Of a DNA stretch of 64,000 nucleotides, positions 28,834-37,539 are shown in pieces. Source of the stretch: Actinomycetes bacterium (GTDB lineage: Bacteria; Actinomycetota; Thermoleophilia; BMS3ABIN01); NCBI GenBank assembly GCA_021787475.1, contig JAJYLW010000011.1:2741-66740 (forward strand). The letters are read 5' to 3'. Both the position numbers and the translations under genes were made by a program. Under the pieces are notes generated by a model. The model was not told where the DNA came from, did not search any database, and worked only from the letters and a program-made list of their open reading frames with translations. The first letter of the stretch is position 1, and each line of letters starts with the position of its first letter.

Positions 28834-29998
28834 TGATTCCTCGCACAGCAAAATGGAGGCCATAACGGTGCAGCAGAAAATCAGCGAAACCACTCACATC
28901 ATCAAGATCGAAAACCGGGGCCGCTGCGGCCGCGTCGCGGCGGTCCGATATTACCGCCAGCAGCTCTTCTTCCGGGCAGGCTAAAGAACAGCTCCTCTGG
29001 CTGCGGGAGACTTCCACCCTGTCGGCGGCAAATCGTTTAAAGCCCTCGGCCAAAATGATGTCGACGGGCCTGTCAATGCGGTCCACCAGTTCCTCAAGGC
29101 TTGTTTCACGCCGGGCGGTCTCCAGGATAGCCAAAGCATCAGGCGAAGTAATGGCGACTGAATGGGCGCCCGCATGAGCTATCCGCCAGGTGTCCGTTCC
29201 CGCGCGGTCAATTTCAAACCCGTGCGAGTCGTGCTTCAGGTACGCGGTGCTGATGCCCCTGAATTTAAGCTCCTGCACCAGTTTTTCCAGAAACGTGGTC
29301 TTGCCTGAATCTTTTTTCCCAACGAAACAGACAACGGGACGGGCGCCGTATCGCAATCCGGCCGAGCCTGCCCGCTGGCGGTGCTTGAGTACTTTGGGGT
29401 AAAGTGCGCGGGCTACTTTCAGCTCTGTACCATCGTTCACATTTATAAACACCTGGAAGGGATCGCAACGGGCGGCTATTTCTCCGGTCTCAACGTACCT
29501 GGTGCTGACGCTGTCGAGCAGGCGCCCGATAGCCAAATCATTGCTCTCAATATGAGCCTGTATTCTTGACAGGCACGACTTTGAATATAGCGCCAGTAAC
29601 GGTTCGCGTCCTCGCCGGCTCAGCGGTACGACGGCATCATTCTCCAGCGGAAAGGAGGCCAGCAGTTCCGCCAGGGCCGGTTCAGCAAAAGGCATATCGC
29701 ACGCAACCACGAGGCAACGGCGCTGACGCGAAAAAGCAAGAGCTGCGTCAATGCCGACGATCGAAGCATGGAAACTGTAGCGGTCCTCGCAAACCGGCAA
29801 ACCAAACTGCTGATAATCGGCTGCTTCCTTGGCAACAATAAACATCTCATTGGTTGCCAACCGCAACGAATTGATTATGTGAGAGATGAGCGGTTTGCCC
29901 ACAAGCGTCTCCAGCGCCTTGTTACGCTGCATGCGCCTGCTTTGGCCGCCGGCAAGGATAGCCACCGAAAAACCTGATTTTACGCTTTTCCCTTTCAC
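28808..29998 (-). CDS. MobA-MobB fusion (Moco guanylyltransferase plus MGD biosynthesis protein B)
   Basis: ILAGGQSRRM/VVACDMP domain followed by GKKDSGKTT and KHDSHGFEID. Confidence 0.88.
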   Translation of the reverse strand: MKGKSVKSGFSVAILAGGQSRRMQRNKALETLVGKPLISHIINSLRLATNEMFIVAKEAADYQQFGLPVCEDRYSFHASIVGIDAALAFSRQRRCLVVACDMPFAEPALAELLASFPLENDAVVPLSRRGREPLLALYSKSCLSRIQAHIESNDLAIGRLLDSVSTRYVETGEIAARCDPFQVFINVNDGTELKVARALYPKVLKHRQRAGSAGLRYGARPVVCFVGKKDSGKTTFLEKLVQELKFRGISTAYLKHDSHGFEIDRAGTDTWRIAHAGAHSVAITSPDALAILETARRETSLEELVDRIDRPVDIILAEGFKRFAADRVEVSRSQRSCSLACPEEELLAVISDRRDAAAAAPVFDLDDVSGFADFLLHRYGLHFAVRGINADVLQKS

Positions 29999-30010
29999 TT
30001 CCAGCCTTTT

Positions 30011-31237
30011 TTAACCGGGGGCCGACAATAACCGGCGCGTCAATTTAGCGGTTCCGGCCAGGAAGCTGACGCCCATGCCGACAGCCATTCCCAGCGCCAC
30101 ATTGGCCCAGATTAACGACACCACACCGATTGACACCGCAACCAGAATGGCAAATCTGCTATTGAGGCTCAATACCAGGCGGGCATGCTCAACGCCTACA
30201 TAAAACAAGAGGGCTCCCAGGACCGGTAGCGGCAGCATCAGGATCAAGTAAACAGCCGAGTTGCCAAACAGCATGGCCGAGGCCACCAGCAATGCGCCGA
30301 TCATCACCGTGGCGCCTCCGGTACGGGCGCCCAGCCGGTAGTGCGCTGTCATGCCGCCGGAACCATGGCAAACAGGCATGCCGCCCAACAGGCCAATCGC
30401 AGTGTTGGCAATTCCAAGCGAAGCGCAAAGAGCCCGCGGCGTCACCCGGCGCGACCGCTGATGAAAATAACTCCGGGAAACGTCGGCGGTGGCAATGACC
30501 GCGTTGCCAAAAGTTACGGGCAATTGCGGGATCACCAGCAGCAAAAAGGCGGCGGTAAAGGTTGCTCGGCCGGGAAGCGGCAGCGACGGCAGGCTCAGGG
30601 TAAAAATTTGCAAGTGCCTGATTACGCTGGGGCCAGCAACAAAAAAGCCCAGGGTCAGCCCCGCGCCAACTATCACTAGAGTCGCCGGGAATCTGCGGTT
30701 GCCGCCAAGAGCCAATAACAACAGCAGGGATCCTGCCGCAATCGCCAAAGCGGCCGCTGGCGGCAGGCCGGGCACGGACACGCCCTTCCATTTCGCCATG
30801 CCGCCAATTCCCATAAATGAAAGACTGCCTTGAATAAGCATTAGTCCTACGGCAAGCTGCACTCCTTTAACCGTCCAGGGCGCAAACAGGTATGACAGGC
30901 GCGAAGCCAGGCCGGTCGCACTCATGAATAACAGGATTATCCCCATAATAATGCTGCCTGCGGCCACCTCGCCGGCGCTGGCGCCGCCGACAATTGCTAT
31001 CGCAGCCATGGCCTTGAGTGGCTGCACTGGCACCGGCAGCCGAAAATAAACGCCCGCGGCAACGTAAGCCAGTCCTGTTAACAGAAAGACCATAAAAGCG
31101 GAAACGCCGCAGATGATAATCAGTCCTGCCATGAGCGGCAGCAGCACGCCGATATCGCCCAGCGCTCCCGCCAGTTCCCGCCGGTTAAACATCAAAGCCG
31201 GTGTGGCGTCTCCGTCGGTGGAAGTATGCTGGTCCAT
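30011..31237 (-). CDS. MOT1-family molybdate transporter
   Basis: ELAGALGDIG, PVPVQPLKA, IPQLPVTFGNA, GMPVCHGSGG. Confidence 0.85.
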   Translation of the reverse strand: MDQHTSTDGDATPALMFNRRELAGALGDIGVLLPLMAGLIIICGVSAFMVFLLTGLAYVAAGVYFRLPVPVQPLKAMAAIAIVGGASAGEVAAGSIIMGIILLFMSATGLASRLSYLFAPWTVKGVQLAVGLMLIQGSLSFMGIGGMAKWKGVSVPGLPPAAALAIAAGSLLLLLALGGNRRFPATLVIVGAGLTLGFFVAGPSVIRHLQIFTLSLPSLPLPGRATFTAAFLLLVIPQLPVTFGNAVIATADVSRSYFHQRSRRVTPRALCASLGIANTAIGLLGGMPVCHGSGGMTAHYRLGARTGGATVMIGALLVASAMLFGNSAVYLILMLPLPVLGALLFYVGVEHARLVLSLNSRFAILVAVSIGVVSLIWANVALGMAVGMGVSFLAGTAKLTRRLLSAPG

Positions 31238-31857
31238 TAGCCTGAAGTCACCTCAGCTTCCACATCTGGACTATATATACGTGTGAAATAACCACCCTCA
31301 GCACACGGCTTACAAAGGGTAACGCCTGAACGCCGGACTTCCCGCCGATCCTGAACGGCATTTCCACAATTGCTGCACTCTACGCGGGAAACAGGGCTGC
31401 CGGGCATGTCCTGCCGCGGGACCTCAATGCTGACATCTTCAAACTCAAACAGCTCATCATCGGTCATGACCTCGTAAGCCTGCTGCTGGCGCTCGTATTT
31501 GTCCTGGATGCCTGGTGCGTACTTGAAGGCCAGTTCCCTTGCCTGTTCCCGCGCCACGACCCGCACCGCCTTGCCGGTTTCAAGGTTCAGGAAGCCGGCG
31601 GCCATAATACCGTGATCAACAATTTTGAGCGTTCTTTTTCCCACGCGGCAACCGGTGACGCTCATGACTGCGTCAGCCGCGCAGCGGTCTATCTCAACGT
31701 AAACCATCAGTTGCTTGCGCCAACGATCAGAGAGCGGATCATCAATTCCAATCCTCTTGAGGCCGGCCCTGGCCAACCTCACTCCCAGGGTTTGGCCCGG
31801 ACAGCCCTCTCCATGGAAAGCCGCCGATTCGGCCAGATGCTCTTTTAGCGTCTTCAT
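31237..31857 (-). CDS. FmdE-family protein with C-terminal zinc finger
   Basis: FHGEGCPGQTLG, EIDRCAADA, C-terminal CSNC...CKPC. Confidence 0.85.
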   Translation of the reverse strand: MKTLKEHLAESAAFHGEGCPGQTLGVRLARAGLKRIGIDDPLSDRWRKQLMVYVEIDRCAADAVMSVTGCRVGKRTLKIVDHGIMAAGFLNLETGKAVRVVAREQARELAFKYAPGIQDKYERQQQAYEVMTDDELFEFEDVSIEVPRQDMPGSPVSRVECSNCGNAVQDRREVRRSGVTLCKPCAEGGYFTRIYSPDVEAEVTSG

Positions 31858-31867
31858 GACAGGCTTC

Positions 31868-32935
31868 CTAACAACCTTTGCCGAACGGACAAACAGGATA
31901 CCTGCACTCAGGGCAATCAAGACACATGCCGCCATGGCCCAGGCGGGCGATATCGGCGCTTGTGATGGTTTCCCCGGCAAGCACCCGCGGCAGGATGAGG
32001 TCAAATATCGTGCGTGGATGATGAATGCCGCAGGCCGGCACACCCAGCACCGGCGTGCCGTCCCCGAAATAGCCGACCATAAACATCGATCCCGGCAAGA
32101 CAGCGGAACCATACGCAGTAATGTCGGCGCCCGCCGCGCGTGCCGCCAGCGGGGTCACATCGTCAGGGTCGACCGACATTCCGCCCGTCATCACGACAAG
32201 GTCAGCGCGGTTGTTCCTGACCCTCGCCAGGGCCGCCCCGATCTGCTCCACGTCATCGGGACATTTCATTACTTCCACGACCGCAGAGCCAAGGGCAGCC
32301 ACTTTTTCCCTGACCACCGGCTCAAAAGCATCATTGATTCTGCCACTGAACACCTCGTTTCCGGTTATGACCAATGCCACGCGCGCCTGGCGCAAAGGCA
32401 GCACTGAGACAATGCCGCCCGCCGCCTCCGCAATCGCAACTGCATCATGTACCGGCTTCTTATCAACAACCAGCGGGATGGCGCGTGTGCCCGCCACGAC
32501 CTCGCCTTTGGCCACAACCGTGTTGTTATGGCGTGTTGCGCACATGACTGCGCCGACGCCATTGAACCGCTCCAGCGCCTCGACGTTGACCTTCAGGACG
32601 CCGCCAATTTCGGCTGCTATGTCAATTTTCCCCTCTCTGGGATCGGGCTTAAAATTCGCGTTTGTCCCGGCAATAGCTTCGGCCATCATGACCGCCGCGT
32701 CGTTTTCATGCATTTGGTCTTCGTTGATCTGCAGGACATATAAATGCTCTTTGCCCAGATCCATCAGCTTTTCCACATCCGCGCGGCTGACAACATGGCC
32801 CCTCCTAAACCGCGCCCCTTTATAGCCACTGACAGGATTCACCTCGGTGATATCATGGCTGAGCACGGTGCCGACGGCTTCTGTTACGGAAATTACCATT
32901 TGCTCTGTTTCACACATGCTTCCCTCCGCTTTCAA
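31868..32935 (-). CDS. MoeA-like molybdopterin-binding protein
   Basis: AVGTVLSHDITE, ITGNEV, TGGMSVDPDD, PGSMF. Confidence 0.8.
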   Translation of the reverse strand: MKAEGSMCETEQMVISVTEAVGTVLSHDITEVNPVSGYKGARFRRGHVVSRADVEKLMDLGKEHLYVLQINEDQMHENDAAVMMAEAIAGTNANFKPDPREGKIDIAAEIGGVLKVNVEALERFNGVGAVMCATRHNNTVVAKGEVVAGTRAIPLVVDKKPVHDAVAIAEAAGGIVSVLPLRQARVALVITGNEVFSGRINDAFEPVVREKVAALGSAVVEVMKCPDDVEQIGAALARVRNNRADLVVMTGGMSVDPDDVTPLAARAAGADITAYGSAVLPGSMFMVGYFGDGTPVLGVPACGIHHPRTIFDLILPRVLAGETITSADIARLGHGGMCLDCPECRYPVCPFGKGC

Positions 32936-32944
32936 CCGTGATGG

Positions 32945-33319
32945 TTATGACAAATTTGCATAGCGCCCAGCCAAATGAAGCGGTTTTGATGTCTGGAAAA
33001 TGTCCTTGAACCGTTTATCAACCATCTCATCGATTCCGGACTCTAGGCTCTCGTACATTATTAGAAAATGACGCGCGTCTTCCGTGAGTGTCGCGCCGCC
33101 GCCGCCGGCCCCACCCGTTCGTGTCCTCACCAGATTCAGTCCCAGCCTCTTTTCCATCGCCTTGACATAGCCCCACGCCCGCCGGTAGGAAATTCCTGTC
33201 TCTATGGCGGCCCTGTTAATCGAACCGTGCCTGTCGATGGCCCTCAGCAGCAAGGAACGCCCCTTGCTAAATACGGGCTCTCCATCCACTTCAAGCCAGA
33301 TTTTTGACCGAATCTCCAA
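32945..33319 (-). CDS. ModE-family HTH regulator (no TOBE domain)
   Basis: GSINRAAIETGISYRRAWGY, GGAGGGGATLT. Confidence 0.88.
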   Translation of the reverse strand: MEIRSKIWLEVDGEPVFSKGRSLLLRAIDRHGSINRAAIETGISYRRAWGYVKAMEKRLGLNLVRTRTGGAGGGGATLTEDARHFLIMYESLESGIDEMVDKRFKDIFQTSKPLHLAGRYANLS

Positions 33320-33391
33320 CCTTCTGCCAGAGTCACGTCACCCTATCAAATTTAAACAAATGCCCAACTCCTGCCGCAACAGCGCCAAGCG

Positions 33392-34024
33392 CTAAACCAT
33401 CCCGGCCAGGTACTCCGCTTCGCACCGCACCCAATACTCCACGAATTTGCCCAGCCCTTTTAAATAGCATGTGCGGGCATTGCTGACAATGTCTTTCGCA
33501 AAGCCGGGCACCCATTTTAACAGGTGATCTTCAATAAAGTATTTTTGAACTTTAATCAAATCCGGCCGGTGATCTTCATCGGCGACCAGCATCAGACTGC
33601 ACAATCTGAAGAGAAAATCACATTCAGTGCCAAAATGATCTTCCAGCTCGCCGGCAGTTGTTTCGAACCCGTACCTCGCGTACAGCTTCCGCACCGCCAC
33701 GGTAGCCTCTTGGTTGACCAATCGGTATATTGATGTATAAACGGACTCCCACGGCGGCGCCTTGACGTGGCCGGGGCCGTGGAAGAGCTGATAGAAATCC
33801 TGCCGGACATCATCAAGATTGCCGGACGCGAGTTCGCTTTGGGCGCATTCGCTCATCTCTTTGACGCCGGGAAGGTCTATCAGCTCTTCCAGGAGCCTGC
33901 TCTCCAACAGGCCGGCAAAGAACTCTTCAGTCGGTTCGTGAAGAAAAGCACGCCTGAGGAAGTCGTAAATTACAACCCTGCTATGTGTTTCCGGTTCTAT
34001 CGCTTTCTCCTCACCGACTAACAT
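33392..34024 (-). CDS. TorD/DmsD-family chaperone
   Basis: APPWESVY, ELEDHFGTEC, HLLKW. Confidence 0.9.
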   Translation of the reverse strand: MLVGEEKAIEPETHSRVVIYDFLRRAFLHEPTEEFFAGLLESRLLEELIDLPGVKEMSECAQSELASGNLDDVRQDFYQLFHGPGHVKAPPWESVYTSIYRLVNQEATVAVRKLYARYGFETTAGELEDHFGTECDFLFRLCSLMLVADEDHRPDLIKVQKYFIEDHLLKWVPGFAKDIVSNARTCYLKGLGKFVEYWVRCEAEYLAGMV

Positions 34025-34033
34025 CCTTTACTC

Positions 34034-34585
34034 CTATTGTTCGCTTGGCGGGATGATCCGTATGGACGGATGCGTGTACTTTGGGTCAGCAAAATAGTTT
34101 ATGTGCTTGCCGGTGTCGCCCGCAAGCCCGGAAAGCTTGCCGTACTTGAGCACCCGGGCCATGCATGTCAGCACGCATGCCGGCGGCAGGCCGGCGTCAA
34201 TCCGCTGATAGCACATGTGGCACTTTTCAACTTTCTTGGTGACAGGATTGAACTGGGGCGCTCCATACGGGCATGCCTCCATGCAGCGCTTGCAGCCGTT
34301 GCAGACATTGGAGTCCAGGATGACGATGCCGTCAGTATCTCTTTTGGTTATCGCGCCTACCGGGCATGATTTTATGCAAGCAGGGGACTCGCAGTGGTTG
34401 CACGACATTGACATGAAGTTCTTGAACGGCGTCGGATACGTGCCGCCGTCAAACGTCTCGACCCGGCGGTACTCGGCTCCCAGCTCAACCTGGTTCTGCT
34501 GTTTGCAGGCTCCCTGGCAGGCCCGGCAGCCGATGCAATGCTCCATGTCTATCTGAAAGCCGAGCTGATTAGGATTAGCAGCCAT
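34034..34585 (-). CDS. 4x[4Fe-4S] electron-transfer subunit (DmsB/PsrB-like)
   Basis: CIGCRACQGAC, CNHCESPAC, CNGCKRCMEAC, CHMC...PAC. Confidence 0.93.
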   Translation of the reverse strand: MAANPNQLGFQIDMEHCIGCRACQGACKQQNQVELGAEYRRVETFDGGTYPTPFKNFMSMSCNHCESPACIKSCPVGAITKRDTDGIVILDSNVCNGCKRCMEACPYGAPQFNPVTKKVEKCHMCYQRIDAGLPPACVLTCMARVLKYGKLSGLAGDTGKHINYFADPKYTHPSIRIIPPSEQ

Positions 34586-34603
34586 GAATAATCATCCTCC
34601 TTT

Positions 34604-37213
34604 CTAAGCCTTGTAGACTTTTACGGCCACTTCCTTGCTGATTCCCTGGCCGGATATTGCTTCAGGCTTGCCGGGCATCAAACGCCCCGCAGCCGTGCCT
34701 TTGCCTTCGGCGACTGATCCCAGGGCCCAGTGGCCGAAACCGTGCATGACGCCCACGGTGGTAGGCTCAATTCCCTCGACGGGGAAAGCGGTGGCGTCCA
34801 CTGTGGCAATGGGAGACTCGATCTTGATGGCGTCGCCGTTCTTGATGCCCATGCTGTCGGCAACCGCCTTGTTGATCAGGCAGGGGTTGGTTCCCTTCAT
34901 CTCCATTAGCCAGACATTGTTGAACGTGCGCGTATGAGTGTGTTCCGTCTGCTTCCAGGAAACCATGTAGAACGGGTAGCCGTCGTAGCCGAGCTGCCCG
35001 GGAGCATCGACCGGATCGCGGTAAACCGGCAGGGCGTCGTACCCCGCCGTTTGCAGAGACTTGTAACCAGAGATGGCGTCAGCTGTGCCGGACCCGGCGT
35101 CGGTGCCGCTGTAGGAATTGAGGACGATCTTCTGGTTGCCGCCGATAACAGTCTTTAATTTGCTGACAGTTCCGTACTTGGTGCCCCAGTTACTGACATT
35201 CGCCACCAGATCATTCAGAGTTGGCCAAACCGCTCCTGGCAGCGCCTTAAGAGCATTCAGGGCCGCATCGCAGTCGGCCATATTTGTGGGGTCTCCCGAG
35301 GGATACAGGTTTCCCTTGATCGTGGAATTCAGCAGCAGCTGCTGGCCGAGATATTGTGTTTCTGTCATGCTGAAATCACCGGGGGCCGTGCTGCCGGCGT
35401 CGCCCTTTAGCCCCAACCTCCGGCCCAGCTCCATAATGATGCCAATTTCGTCGATGTAGGGATTCCCCACCCAGGAGCTGACGGTTGGCTGCCGCAGGCC
35501 GAAACTGTAAAACGTTACCCAGTTGACCGTGAAATCGTAGCGTTCCAGAAAGTTGGCGCCCGGAAGGATAATGTCAGCCATTTGGGCAGTCTCGCTCAGA
35601 TGCGTGTCGATCGAGACAATGTATTCCAGCTTGTTCAAGCCATCAATGTTCTTCTGGACATTTGATGAGTTCATCACCAGATTGTCAAAGACAAAGATGG
35701 CTGCCTTGGGCCGGTTTGTATCAGCGTCGGAGGCGCTGCTGCCCAGATATGGGTACTTGGCATAGTAATCATCCGCGGACAGGTCAGAATCATAAATAAC
35801 GTCGCGGGCGCGAAGGACAATTCCCGATCCATGACCGAGAGGGAAACCGTTTTGACTAAGCGGCTTTCCCAGGCCGTCGATGCGGGGGCGACTCAGAGAA
35901 GCGTCATGGGTATTGGTTGCCGTCCGCGCCGATGGACCCAGGCGGTTGGTGAAGACAGCGTTGCCCTTGTTGCCTATCTGGCCGGTCAGGGCCAGCAGCG
36001 CCGAGATGGCCCGGCCGCCCTGGGTGCCGTTGGTGTGATGCCCCGGCCCCGACCAGGTGTCGATCACTGCCGGATAATTGCTGGACTCGCCAATCTCGCG
36101 GGCAAGGCTGACAATCGTGGCGGCCGGCACGCCGGTTTTGCCTTCGGCCCAGTTGGGATCCTTGGGGACGCCGTCGCTGACGCCGGTGACGTAATCGCTA
36201 AACGCCTGAAAGCCAATCACGTTGGCATTGACGAAGGCGACATTATACAGGTTCTCATTGATAAGCACGTTGGCAAGCGCCAGCGCCAGGGCCCCGTCGG
36301 TGCCCGGCTTGATCGGCACCCACTGGCCGCCGTTTCTGCAGGCCGCCGCCGCCGTGCTGCTGAAAACGGGGTCAACGACCACCATTCGCCCGCCGTTGTC
36401 AAAGAATTGGCGCGCAATCCGGGGCAGGTGAGACCACTTGGTGGCCGAAAGGAAATTCCAGCCGAAGATCAGAGCGTACTTGGCATGGGCGAAATCCGGC
36501 ACGGGCCGCTCGTCGCCAAAGGGAACGCTGAAGGCCCTCTTCCTGGCGACGTCACACAAGCTGGTGTGCTGGATATAGTTTGGCGTGCCGAACATCTTGC
36601 AAAAATCCTGCTGCGGATTATTGCCGGTGATGCCGTCCTCGGAGAAGAAAAGCAACTGGTGGGCGCCATTGCCGCTTTGCTCGGCCTTAAGGCCCTGCAG
36701 ATACGTCGTGATCTCGTTCAGGGCATCATCCCAGGTGATGGGATTGAAAACCGCGCCGACGCCACGGGGACTGCTCGGGTCCCGCTTCATGGGCGTCTTG
36801 ATGCGGTCCGGGTCGTAAAGCGACTTGTAGCCGGAGTTGCCCTTGGGGCACATGCCTGCGCCCCATCCGGTGGTGGCGTTAACAAAGTCAGCCGCGTCAC
36901 TGGTATCATTAATACAGATGTTGGCGACGCCGGCGGCGTTGTACGGATTGGGTTCGATTTTCCTAACCGCGCCGTCGACGACATTTACGTTGATGCCCGA
37001 GCAGCCGCCACACATGTTGCAGGCGCTGTATATCCAGGTTCCGGCGTCGTCGGCTTTCGCCTTGTCGGAATCGAAAACCTGCCGCAGCAGACCCCCGGGC
37101 AACAGGGTGCTTGCCACCGCTGTCCCGCCGATGGCGCTTCCCCATTGCAGAAAGGCGCGGCGGGAAACAGCCGGATTTAATTTCATGCCTCCCTTGCTGT
37201 TCACATCTGTCAC
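34604..37213 (-). CDS. Tat-exported bis-MGD molybdopterin oxidoreductase catalytic subunit (Cys-ligated, Psr/Phs/Ttr/Arr-type; substrate unknown)
   Basis: SRRAFL Tat motif, N-terminal Fe-S Cys motif, GTPNYIQHTSLC, PGTDGALAL, DIILP, C-terminal HTHTRT. Confidence 0.9.
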   Translation of the reverse strand: MTDVNSKGGMKLNPAVSRRAFLQWGSAIGGTAVASTLLPGGLLRQVFDSDKAKADDAGTWIYSACNMCGGCSGINVNVVDGAVRKIEPNPYNAAGVANICINDTSDAADFVNATTGWGAGMCPKGNSGYKSLYDPDRIKTPMKRDPSSPRGVGAVFNPITWDDALNEITTYLQGLKAEQSGNGAHQLLFFSEDGITGNNPQQDFCKMFGTPNYIQHTSLCDVARKRAFSVPFGDERPVPDFAHAKYALIFGWNFLSATKWSHLPRIARQFFDNGGRMVVVDPVFSSTAAAACRNGGQWVPIKPGTDGALALALANVLINENLYNVAFVNANVIGFQAFSDYVTGVSDGVPKDPNWAEGKTGVPAATIVSLAREIGESSNYPAVIDTWSGPGHHTNGTQGGRAISALLALTGQIGNKGNAVFTNRLGPSARTATNTHDASLSRPRIDGLGKPLSQNGFPLGHGSGIVLRARDVIYDSDLSADDYYAKYPYLGSSASDADTNRPKAAIFVFDNLVMNSSNVQKNIDGLNKLEYIVSIDTHLSETAQMADIILPGANFLERYDFTVNWVTFYSFGLRQPTVSSWVGNPYIDEIGIIMELGRRLGLKGDAGSTAPGDFSMTETQYLGQQLLLNSTIKGNLYPSGDPTNMADCDAALNALKALPGAVWPTLNDLVANVSNWGTKYGTVSKLKTVIGGNQKIVLNSYSGTDAGSGTADAISGYKSLQTAGYDALPVYRDPVDAPGQLGYDGYPFYMVSWKQTEHTHTRTFNNVWLMEMKGTNPCLINKAVADSMGIKNGDAIKIESPIATVDATAFPVEGIEPTTVGVMHGFGHWALGSVAEGKGTAAGRLMPGKPEAISGQGISKEVAVKVYKA

Positions 37214-37320
37214 TTAGCTCACCTCTTTCATTTCGCTCTCGGCGCCGCGGATGCTATGGCGCATTTTTTCTGCCAGACTGGATTTTGCTTTCACTTGTTT
37301 CATCGCTTGCCTGACCCTGG

Positions 37321-37476
37321 CTACGATCCTGGCGCCGGCGGCACCGTCACGCTGCACTGCCAGTTGGAGCACTCGCGGGTGACCTCGGCAATGTTGCCAA
37401 GCTGTGTGACAGCCGGCGGCGCATACTCTTTCAGCTTGCCTGTAGCCGGTTCAGGTTTTTTCATTAAGGCTTCCAT
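37321..37476 (-). CDS. 51-aa peptide with lasso/RRE-type RiPP leader (not in ORF track)
   Basis: MEALMKKPEPATGKLKEYAPPAVTQLGNIAEVTR-ECSNWQCSVTVPPAPGS; YxxPxVxxxGxxxxxTx; GGAGAAAGG RBS. Confidence 0.75.
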   Translation of the reverse strand: MEALMKKPEPATGKLKEYAPPAVTQLGNIAEVTRECSNWQCSVTVPPAPGS

Positions 37477-37539
37477 GTCAGCCCTTTCTCCGTTCATTTT
37501 CAGAAAAGCAATCTCGCTTTTGACTTCTTGTGGAGATGG

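Noticed and set aside
11695-37180. Long antisense ORFs (e.g. 11695-12546, 19246-20382, 31715-32407, 35831-37180)
   Set aside because: Shadow frames of well-supported genes in GC-rich DNA, with no motifs.
37214-37303. 29-aa ORF MKQVKAKSSLAEKMRHSIRGAESEMKEVS
   Set aside because: Weak RBS, no motif; it mainly contains the RBS of the molybdoenzyme gene.
37321-37476. Canonical lasso peptide cluster
   Set aside because: The core lacks Asp/Glu at positions 7-9, and no B1/B2/C genes are in the window.
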